From positions 677,595 through 741,594 of the forward strand of contig OZ246416.1 in assembly GCA_965231095.1 (NCBI GenBank): 64,000 bases of DNA, given 5' to 3'. Source of the DNA: an uncultured Gammaproteobacteria bacterium (GTDB lineage: Bacteria > Patescibacteriota > Patescibacteriia > XYB2-FULL-38-15). A program made the translations under genes and the position numbers. Positions within the stretch are counted from its first letter, which is position 1, and every line of letters starts with the position of its first letter. The notes under the pieces are model-generated. The model worked only from the letters and a program-made list of their open reading frames with translations. It had not been told where the DNA came from and searched no databases. Shown here piece by piece: positions 57,901 to 64,000 of the stretch.

Positions 57901-60900
57901 TTAATGCAAGAGGAACCGCTACCGGAGCAAGCGGTGTTTATGGAGAAGCAAGCGGCGCGGGCGCGGTTTACGGAGTTTATGGAAACGCTTCAGCCACCGG
58001 CGCAGTCACAAACTACGGCGGCGTTTTTTACGCCGCAGGTGATTCCGGCAGAGGTCTCTATAGTAACGCCACCGCCACCGGCGCGGTCACAAACTACGGC
58101 GGTTATTTTTCCGCCGCGGGTAATTCCGGCGCTGGTATTTACGGCACGGCCACCGCCACCGGCGCGATCACAAATTACGGCGGCGTTTTTTACGCCGCGG
58201 GTGATTCCGGCGCTGGCGTGTACGGCACGGCGACGTCTACTACGGGGACAAATTTCGGCGGATATTTTATTGCGGCCGGAACGGGTAGCGATACGGCCGG
58301 GGTTTATGGTTCATCTACCGGCACAGGAGGGACCAAAGCGCTCTATGGCGGGCGTTTTATCGCGGCAGGGGCGGTTACGGGAACAGCCGGCGTTTACGGT
58401 TCGGCGTCCGGCGCGGGAACGGTTTATGGCGTTCAGGGAAATGCTTCGGACACCGGCGCGGTGACAAATTATGGCGGATATTTTACGGCGGCGGGCGATA
58501 CCGGTCGCGGCGTCTACGGCGCGGCAACCGACTCGGGTGCGGTTGCAAATTACGGCGGATATTTTACAGCCGCGGGGACAAGCAGTGCGTCCGGAATTTA
58601 TGCTGAAGCAACGGGCGCAGGTCTGGTTAGCGGTGTTTATGGGTTAGCTAGTGACGCGACTGCCGGAACAGCTAATTTTGGAGGGTATTTTGAAGCTAGG
58701 GGTCCTCACAGCTGGAGTTATGGAGTCAAAGGTTATATTCCGAATAGCGTTGGTGGCAAAGCCGTTTGGGGCCACGCCGCGGAAACAACTTCAACAAATT
58801 ACGGAGGTTATTTTAAAGCGGATGGCGCGGGTGCCGCGGCGGCTGGTGTTTATGGCTGGGCTTCGGGGGCGGCCGCGGTCTACGGCGTTCAGGGGTATGC
58901 TTCAGATGCTACCGCCGTGACAAACTATGGCGGGTATTTTTCTGGTGGCGGGCAAACCGGGCGCGGGGTTTATGGTTCGGCCACTTATACTGGTGCGACG
59001 ACAAATTATGGTGGATTTTTTGAAGCGGCTGGAACTTCTTTCGCGACGGGCGTTTATGGCCGAGCGACTGGGGCGGGCACGGTCTACGGTGTTCAGGGAA
59101 TCGCAAGCGACACCACTGCTGTGACAAACTATGGCGGATATTTTATAGGATGGGGAGATACGGGATATGGTGTTTACGGCGAAGCGGGAGATACCGGCGC
59201 GGGCGCAAACTACGGCGGATATTTTAAGGGAAGAGGGAGCGGAGGAGCTTACGGGGTTTATGCTCTTGCTGACGCGGCATCCGGAACAAACTATGCTGTT
59301 TATGGCAACGTAACTTCTTCAACCGGTTACGGCGGTTATTTTACCGGCGGTTATGGACTTTACGGAAGCCGCGGACAAATTGCTAGAGCGCCGAGCGGTA
59401 ATGATACTTCTTATGCCCTGGTTGTTGAGGGCGCGGTTTGTATTGATGATAGTTCGGCAAATTGTCCGAGTACGCCAACTTCGGGCACGCTTTATACTGA
59501 AGGCGCGGCTTTGCAAACTTTTGACTTAGCCGAACTTTATGAATCAACCGAAGCGCTCGCGGCAGGTGATGTGGTAAGTGTTGATACCGGTAGCGCGAGA
59601 AAAATAGTGAAGTCAACCGAAGCATATCAAAATACAACAATGGGAGTTATTTCTACCGCTCCGGGTATTACTTTGGGCGGATGGAGCGCCGGACCAAATC
59701 AATATCCGGTGGCTTTGGCTGGCCGCGTGCCGGTAAAAGTGAGCGATGAAAATGGACCGATCGCGATCGGCGATATTTTAACTTCGTCTTCTACAACAGG
59801 CGTGGCAATGAAAGCAACTCGTCCGGGACAAAAAATCGGCGTGGCGCTTGAAGCGTGGAGCGGAACGGGCGTTGGAGTTCTTGAAGTATTTATGGCCCCC
59901 GGCTGGGATTCTGCCGGAACAATTGCCACTGATGGCACAGCAATTTTCTTGAATGATACTTTTACTTTTAATAAATTGGATACTGCGGATAATATTATTC
60001 AGGGGTATGGTTCAAAAGGTTTGTCTTTCCGCGGATCAGGATGGGACGGCACGGCAGGGCAAAATGTTGAAATGAAACTTTTGAGTAAAGTTACTGACGC
60101 GACAAATTATAAACTCGCAGTTTTAAATAATGCGGGTGAAGAAGTGGCTTATGTTGGAGGAGATGGATCGTTTGGAGTTACCGGAAAATTTTATCCGGCG
60201 GCAACGACCGGAGCGCAAACTGACGCGTATATTTTCTATGCCGCAAATTATATGCGAACCAATGCTGATGGTTGGTCAACCGGTTCGTTTGATTTCGCGG
60301 AAATGTTTTTGTCGCACGAGTTGCTCGAAGCCGGCGACATTGTCACGCTTGATGAAGCAACAAATGAGTATGTTAAAAAATCAGTCGCGGCTTATGATAA
60401 TATGGCGCTTGGTATTGTTTCCACAAAACCGGGATTTTTAGCCGGAACAAACGTTGACTTTAATAATCCTTCGGCAGACCAAGGGTATCCGATTGCCTTA
60501 GCCGGACGCGTGCCGACCAAGGTTTCCGCGGAAAACGGGCCGATTCGTCCGGGCGACTTTTTAACAACTTCCGCGACCTCGGGGGTAGCGATGAAGGCGA
60601 CCGAGTCGGGAATGATTTTGGGCACGGCGCTTGAAAGTTTTGACGGGCAGGGAATCGGGCTGGTAAAAGTTTTTGTAAATTTATCTTGGTACAACGTGGC
60701 AAGCGAATCAACACCGGTTGGTGAAATGGCGCAGCTCACGTTGACGGGCGATTTGAACATGGCGGGAAATTATATTTTAAATGTTGGGAAAATTGTCGGG
60801 GTGGATGAAAAATGGAGTATTGATGAAAATGGAATTTTGAAAGTGAAATTGATAGCGGAAGACGCGAGCGAGAAAGAAATGTTTGGATTGACTTCGGCCA

Positions 60901-61355
60901 AAGTGGAATTGACATTGTCCGGTACCGGTCGATTGGAAAATGGCACGAGCATGATTGATTTAAGTTTAATTGATCCTGATTTTGCCAAAAATATTTCCGC
61001 GGAAACACCGATAAAAGTGATAGTCACCTTAACTGAACCTGCGAATGGTATATATGTCGCGGAAAAATCCGCTTATGGTTTCCGAGTGGCGGAATTGAAT
61101 GCCGGAACAACGGACGCGGCGTTTGATTGGATTGTTATTGCGAGAAGAAAAGGATATGAAGATGTGTTGGCTGGCGGCGAGGTTCCTCTCCCGAGCGAAC
61201 CGGCGCCAAGCGCGCCCGCTCCGTCAGAACCCGTGCCTTCCGAGCCGGCACCAGAAGTTCCTCCGAGCGAACCGCCTCCGGAAGTTCCTCCGTCAGAACC
61301 GGCACCAAGCGAGACGCCTCCTCCAGAGCCAGCACCGACAGAGCCCACGCCATAG
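51999..61355 (+). CDS. Giant (3118 aa) N-terminally membrane-anchored cell-surface fibre/adhesin-like protein with ~27-aa Gly-rich repeat arrays, tail-fibre-like xVGIGTxxP motifs, duplicated C-terminal beta modules and Pro-rich tail
   Basis: TM anchor LTLLVFVLGILSLTSVGIMTL; repeats consensus TGAVTNYGGYF.AAGDSG.GVYG.A.A (blocks ~53810-54480 and ~57120-59345); duplicated 125-bp segment 55420-55545/56075-56200; duplicated ~110-aa modules ~59520-59900 and ~60290-60650; PxxPSEP tail. Confidence 0.8.
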   Translation: MFSPGGEKPNIVIKSQGGTNLTLLVFVLGILSLTSVGIMTLSVVEQLRPVAFTAINKQLNYQGKLQNAGGITLPDGNYSMKFSVYDAAAAGTRLWTECGTVGTPTARTVAVANGVFSVLLGDTASGACPGPANANAITLDFNSDAYYLGLTVEADSEMTPRKRLGASGYAFNADLLDGLNTSAAGGSNAFVPVTDASGHLTLTQNLTLGGVFKNSDGSAASPSYTFTNDPNTGFYSAAGNNIGVAANGAMIAYLMATTNYTDSYFYSPRFITPATTNYPMTLTGRIDDGAAAVGVILDNSTTLATAGAKIVSFKNNTTEKAAIGLNGEVMAGAGTALLPALSFLGDPNTGFYTYSANQIGIANDGGITGVFSSGSLYINYILALSGNTLNLTGSMADGGTAVGVKLGSSVDLTVAGSKIASFVDNNTTEKSAIGLNGEIMAGAGTALLPSLSFLGDPNSGMYTYASDTLGFAVGGTAVGVWDGSTIYVPAVHPLATTALTLKGRVADGGTAVGVILDNTTSLTTAGAKLVSIKNATVEKAYIDKDGNAYLPGLNVSGLTASLAVYTDGSKNLTSTAPTSGAIGYWSRATTTLSPTTANDNISVSSNVTGAAITGTASATGAVINYGVYGTAAGNSAKGVYGSATATGAVLNFGGDFYAAGNSGQAVRGTASATGAVTNYGGVFYAAGDTGFGIVADATSTNAGQNFGGYFYARGTTGVAVFGNAPATGAVTNYGGSFQAAGNSGQAVRGNATATGAAANYGGTFYSAGNSGVAVYGSASATGAVTNYGGQFYSAGDTGMAVFGYATGAGLNYGIYGSTNSASGWSGYFNGGLGMYASAARINSLTASSAVYTDASKNLTSTAPTSGAIGYWSRSSTTLSTATAGDIVSLSGGLNMNASPITASYISTNPWGTNSVGSANGVGLQMNRLLGANTGRYTVTSSGINTTSVLFDNFYDSAGTIAVGDTGVITVDFNPQLAWTASTATGFVYQNGIIVMSFYNTVIPTDVTVEVYRCSPNVDCAAGTGTDAWVTIYSTTTNDKNPLVISPTPSVNYIKRIRFTFADGDPTYGSWISELEWFPTRDASANQLAVLPKYFNQSLDVSWTSWNMKKVADWSTTATISNAGAAYFAGPVGVNDAGPDASLEVVNDGSGDSFLVADTNDGDATPFVIQADGDVGIGTAAPAALLHIAKDSTYNSEAAAGIKITDSTLTDTGLLLGADATNDIAYIQSMDPGTGYTRALSINPNGGMTRLFMNRGAAAGTGISWYLPTFTAWAEYMAQATQTLAGPTANITAPSGTIVTSWALRSFIENASNYGWTFESGTSTGQPSVVAEIRSSDGTIRSNTSVLAAVSMGIGDDTPDASLEVVNDGSGDSFLVADTNDGDATPFVIDPDGDVGIGTTGPLTKFHVNSANTLTGSYHQAVITSSDTAAIDKGGSIGFGGAYTGTTLTQWAGISGRKENVTAGNYAGYLALETRANGGNLTEQVRIDSAGSVGIGTTGPDRKLDVLAASSPQLRLTQVDNTTYADFQVDSNGDLIMNVDGISSQLVLDNGGNIGIGTAAPAGALDIVSANAPTLRLATNATDATVKYGYVASRHYTNAEQDLMVFMSGSSATENSIRLGGGSGSFNATNRISFYTAADQITLDGTERMKIDSSGNIWINSLDASSIVYTDASKNLTSTPPGAGTIGYWSRGGTTLSPATANDVVSVSGTGATAITGTSSAAGGKGIYGTATDATAVANYGVYGTAAGTGALSAGVYGVASGAANSVTGVYAEASNTGAYENYGGAFFARGETGVGIYGEGVSTAAAVNYGGKFSAHGKATGSAAVYGAAPEAGAFTSYGGYFTTVSDTGRGVYGSATASGAVTNYGGYFTSAGTGILTSGVYGEASGAANNIAGIYGKASNTGAYTNFGGVFYAAGETGIGIRGEATSTAAAINFGAKFYANGAASGTAGVYGQGVDTTAIVNYGGYFNARGTATGASGVYGEASGAGAVYGVYGNASATGAVTNYGGVFYAAGDSGRGLYSNATATGAVTNYGGYFSAAGNSGAGIYGTATATGAITNYGGVFYAAGDSGAGVYGTATSTTGTNFGGYFIAAGTGSDTAGVYGSSTGTGGTKALYGGRFIAAGAVTGTAGVYGSASGAGTVYGVQGNASDTGAVTNYGGYFTAAGDTGRGVYGAATDSGAVANYGGYFTAAGTSSASGIYAEATGAGLVSGVYGLASDATAGTANFGGYFEARGPHSWSYGVKGYIPNSVGGKAVWGHAAETTSTNYGGYFKADGAGAAAAGVYGWASGAAAVYGVQGYASDATAVTNYGGYFSGGGQTGRGVYGSATYTGATTNYGGFFEAAGTSFATGVYGRATGAGTVYGVQGIASDTTAVTNYGGYFIGWGDTGYGVYGEAGDTGAGANYGGYFKGRGSGGAYGVYALADAASGTNYAVYGNVTSSTGYGGYFTGGYGLYGSRGQIARAPSGNDTSYALVVEGAVCIDDSSANCPSTPTSGTLYTEGAALQTFDLAELYESTEALAAGDVVSVDTGSARKIVKSTEAYQNTTMGVISTAPGITLGGWSAGPNQYPVALAGRVPVKVSDENGPIAIGDILTSSSTTGVAMKATRPGQKIGVALEAWSGTGVGVLEVFMAPGWDSAGTIATDGTAIFLNDTFTFNKLDTADNIIQGYGSKGLSFRGSGWDGTAGQNVEMKLLSKVTDATNYKLAVLNNAGEEVAYVGGDGSFGVTGKFYPAATTGAQTDAYIFYAANYMRTNADGWSTGSFDFAEMFLSHELLEAGDIVTLDEATNEYVKKSVAAYDNMALGIVSTKPGFLAGTNVDFNNPSADQGYPIALAGRVPTKVSAENGPIRPGDFLTTSATSGVAMKATESGMILGTALESFDGQGIGLVKVFVNLSWYNVASESTPVGEMAQLTLTGDLNMAGNYILNVGKIVGVDEKWSIDENGILKVKLIAEDASEKEMFGLTSAKVELTLSGTGRLENGTSMIDLSLIDPDFAKNISAETPIKVIVTLTEPANGIYVAEKSAYGFRVAELNAGTTDAAFDWIVIARRKGYEDVLAGGEVPLPSEPAPSAPAPSEPVPSEPAPEVPPSEPPPEVPPSEPAPSETPPPEPAPTEPTP
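53810..59345 (+). repeat. Coding tandem repeat arrays (81-bp / 27-aa Gly-rich units, >30 copies in two blocks) inside giant gene
   Basis: Recurrent aactacggcgg(a/c)tattttac...gccgcgggtgattccggc... units. Confidence 0.8.
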
Positions 61356-61397
61356 CTTGTCATTCTGAGCCGTAGTGAAGCAATATATAAAGATATA

Positions 61398-61849
61398 AAT
61401 CCAAAATCTAAATTTCAAATGTCAAACCAAGCCCAAAATCCAAATGATAAAAAGAAATATGATCTCGAGGAAAGAACAGCGAAGTTTGGCGAGGACATCA
61501 TAAAATTTGCCTGCGCTTTATCCGCCACACCGGTTAATCGACCATTAATCAGTCAAATTGTCCGTTCGGGCACGAGCGTCGGAGCAAATTACATGGAAGC
61601 CGACGGTGCTGAATCTAAAAAAGATTTCCATCATAAAATCGGCATTTGTAAAAAAGAATCGAAAGAGACAATGCATTGGTTTAGAATGATTGCTATGGCA
61701 AACCCGACGAAGAAAGATGAGTGTCGCAATCTTTGGAAAGAAGCCCACGAACTTTCTTTAATCTTTTCGGCGATTATTAGAAAGAAAAAGCAATTTGGAT
61801 TTTAGGTTTGGGATTTGGTTTGGCCTTTGGATTTTGACATTTGGGTTTT
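61398..61849. mobile_element. Four-helix-bundle gene cassette bounded by ~45-bp imperfect inverted repeats built of CCAAAAT-like units (61398-61446 / 61801-61849)
   Basis: revcomp(61801-61849)=aaaacccaaatgtcaaaatccaaaggccaaaccaaatcccaaacctaaa versus 61398-61446 aaatccaaaatctaaatttcaaatgtcaaaccaagcccaaaatccaaat. Confidence 0.55.
61419..61805 (+). CDS. Four-helix-bundle protein (rRNA intervening-sequence-type protein family)
   Basis: 128 aa; TAKFGEDIIKF...RSGTSVGANYMEA...KKDFHHKIGICKKESKETMHWF pattern typical of this family. Confidence 0.7.
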   Translation: MSNQAQNPNDKKKYDLEERTAKFGEDIIKFACALSATPVNRPLISQIVRSGTSVGANYMEADGAESKKDFHHKIGICKKESKETMHWFRMIAMANPTKKDECRNLWKEAHELSLIFSAIIRKKKQFGF

Positions 61850-62066
61850 ACAAATAGCAAATTGTAAGCGAGTTGTGCCTTCGGGTACGGGTCATAACTC
61901 GTATATAATATCAACTCCCCACCGCAAGGTGAGGAGTTGTTGTATTCAATTAAATATTTTTATTTTTTGTGGTATAATATATGAAAGAGGAGGATTAGTG
62001 GATAAGCTGAAGAAAGAGAAAAAAACAGAGAAAAACAAAATTTAATATAAATACATAAGTTTTTCT

Positions 62067-64000
62067 TATGTTTGACAAAGTTTCCAAGGTAGAAAAAGAA
62101 AATAACCCCGGAGGTTATTGTTTGCGGAGGAAGAAGAGTAATTTACGCCCTCTAGTTTTGATTTTGGGTTTTTTTGCCATGGCGAGCCTTGGGGTTATTG
62201 CTTTTGCCTTATTGCAAAAATGGAACGTGCCAGCTTCCGCCGCTCCGGGAATTTATAAAACTTTAAATTATCAAGGAAAGTTAGAAGACGCGGACGGCGT
62301 GACGGTCGCCGACGGGGCGTACAACATTAAATTTACAATTTACGACGCGGCCGCGGTTGGAAACGTTTTGTGGACAGCGCGCGAATCAGATGCTTGCGGC
62401 GCGGCTTTTAACCCATCGGCAAAATCTGTCACAACCTCGCTCGGAGTTTTTTCCACGCAACTTGGCGAGTCTGGGGACTGTCCAATAAATTTGGATTTTA
62501 ATGACGACTCATATTATTTGGGCATAACAGTTGGCGCGGATTCAGAAATGACGCCGCGGAAAAGGCTTGGCGCGGCCGGTTATGCTTTTAATGCAGATCT
62601 TTTAGATGGTCTTAATACTTCTGCGGTGGGTGGCGCTTCGGCTTTTGTCCCGGCGACTGATTCGTCCGGGAATTTGGTTTTGACCGGTAACATTACTTTC
62701 GATACCACAACTTTTTACCTTGATTCCGCAAACGATAATATTGGTATTGGCACTGTGGCGCCGGAGATCTTTCGCACCGTGGATTTAGTAACAGCAAAAA
62801 AATACGGAGTTTACGCTTCATCAAGTTCGGCCGTAAATCATATGGCGGTAATTTACGCGGAAGCGACAGATACGACAAACATTAATCAAATGGGCGGATC
62901 TTTTTCTGTGGCAAGTCCGAGCGGTAAGGGTGTTTTGGGTACAGCCATCACGTCAGGGAATCCTCTCGTTGCAAATTACGGTGGATATTTTACCGCGGCA
63001 GGCGATTCCGGAGTCGGCGTTTATGGCGAAGCATCGGCGAGCGGCGTTGGTCTTACTAATTACGGTGGCTCTTTTACAGCAAACGGCGATACGGGTCGCG
63101 GCGTTTACGGCTTGGCCATTGCAACAGATGGGGTAAATTACGGCGGAAATTTTAGAGCGAATGGAGCGGGCGGATACGGCGTTTACGGTTTGGCTGCGAG
63201 CGCGGCTGCTACCGCAAATTACGGCGGATATTTCAAGGCGGCGGGTCAGGGCGCGTATGGCGCTTATGGTTGGGCTTCAAATACCGCAGTAGCAAATTAC
63301 GGCGGATATTTTAAATCAGATGGCGCAGGCGGCTACGCTGTTTATGGAACAGCAACCGACGCGACGGCGGCAACTAATTACGGAGGATATTTTTTGGCGG
63401 CGGGTCAGGGTGGTTATGGCGCTTATGGTTACGCGAGTGAGGCGACGATAGTAAACACCGGTGTTTATGGGCAGGCCGACGGTCCGGCCGGATATGGCGT
63501 CTATGGCTACGCGGCAAATGTGGCCGGCGGAAATTATGGTGGATATTTTTTGGGTGCCGCTGCGGCGAGTTATGGCGCTTATGGAAAAGCAACGGGCACT
63601 GGCGGCTACGGCGTTTATGGCTGGGCTTCAAATACTGCGGCAACAAATTATGGAGGATATTTTAAATCAGACGGAGCGGGCGGCTACGGGGTTTACGCTT
63701 CAGCCACCGACGTTACAGCTGTTGTAAATTACGGAGGATTTTTTCAAGCCAATGGGCGGGGCGGAATAGGCGTTTACGGCGCTGCCCCTGACTCCACGGC
63801 CTTAGCAGTAAATTTTGGAGGCTACTTTGTTACGAACGGAGTCGGCACGGGGTCAGCCGGAGTTTATGGACAAGCATCAGGGGCAGGGACAGTGGCCGGT
63901 GTTTATGGACTTGCCGCTGACAGCGCCGGAGGCACGGCAAATTACGGAGGATTTTTTCAAGCCAATGGACAGGGCGGCGCGCGCGGTGTTTATGGTAAAG
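62067..64000 (+). CDS. Second giant surface fibre-like protein (paralog of 51999-61355), 3' end beyond window
   Basis: ATG 62067; TM anchor LVLILGFFAMASLGVIAF; shared N-module LNYQGKLEDADGVTVADGAYNIKFTIYDAAAVGNVLW...PRKRLGAAGYAFNADLLDGLNTSA; then NIGIGTVAPE and 27-aa Gly-rich repeats; absent from ORF track because no stop in window. Confidence 0.75.

Noticed and set aside
53810-59345. Possible CRISPR array (regular ~81-bp periodicity)
   Set aside because: The repeats lie inside a continuous 9.4-kb ORF, are imperfect and encode Gly-rich peptide repeats. There is no repeat-spacer architecture and no cas genes.
62041-62066. Treating the end of the window as non-coding after the four-helix-bundle cassette
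   Set aside because: An ATG at 62067 opens a frame that reproduces the N-terminal module of the giant protein, so a truncated second giant gene is called instead.

Overview
This window looks like a low-GC (~40%) Candidate Phyla Radiation (Patescibacteria)-type chromosome segment. The 16S gene has the diagnostic primer-site changes, most genes lack Shine-Dalgarno sequences, and the 16S gene is unlinked from 23S. I can support the following from the sequence.

1. Replication origin neighbourhood on the minus strand: rpmH-rnpA-yidD-dnaA-[DnaA-box cluster]-dnaN. yidC is absent.
2. A glycogen/alpha-glucan cluster: a GH15 glucoamylase-like gene, glgA, two tandem GH57 paralogs, an APH-fold kinase and a PHP phosphoesterase.
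3. Housekeeping genes: PBP1A, tig, clpP, nrnA, rbfA, smc (short form), rpsP-KH-trmD, rpsT, rmuC, holA, and a polA split into a separate 5'-3' exonuclease gene and a Klenow-like gene.
4. A 16S rRNA gene with tandem consensus promoters and a 28-bp processing stem, followed by tRNA-Ile, tRNA-Phe, tRNA-Pro, a pterin dehydratase gene, tRNA-Gly, several small genes and tRNA-Cys. tRNA-Arg and tRNA-Ala occur later. No 23S or 5S gene is present.
5. The most striking region is a ~21 kb cell-surface locus (42.9 kb to the window end).
   - It is driven by a textbook sigma70 promoter with a long structured leader. Twin CACGTG-core palindromes lie upstream of the promoter, next to the tRNA-Ala terminator.
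   - It encodes two paralogous small secreted proteins, a CscA/DUF916-like membrane-anchored protein, an FN3-repeat protein ending in a dockerin, and a membrane protein beginning with a cohesin.
   - These are followed by a DUF559 selfish-gene cassette between G/C palindromes, a 3118-aa N-terminally anchored fibre-like giant protein with dozens of 27-aa glycine-rich repeats, a four-helix-bundle (rRNA-IVS-type) gene flanked by inverted repeats, and a second giant paralog that runs off the window.
6. Anomalies:
   - Three self-contained GC-rich (~58-62%) gene cassettes, each with a consensus TTGACA-17-TAxAAT promoter, strong GGAGG Shine-Dalgarno sites and its own terminator. This contrasts with the Shine-Dalgarno-poor native genes.
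   - An AT-rich (~31%) island carrying a minimal UvrA-like double-ABC ATPase plus an unknown partner gene, bracketed by ~65-bp inverted repeats.
   - A dispersed ~110-bp repeat family with a hairpin whose stem is preserved by compensatory substitutions, sitting immediately upstream of start codons.

No CRISPR array was found.
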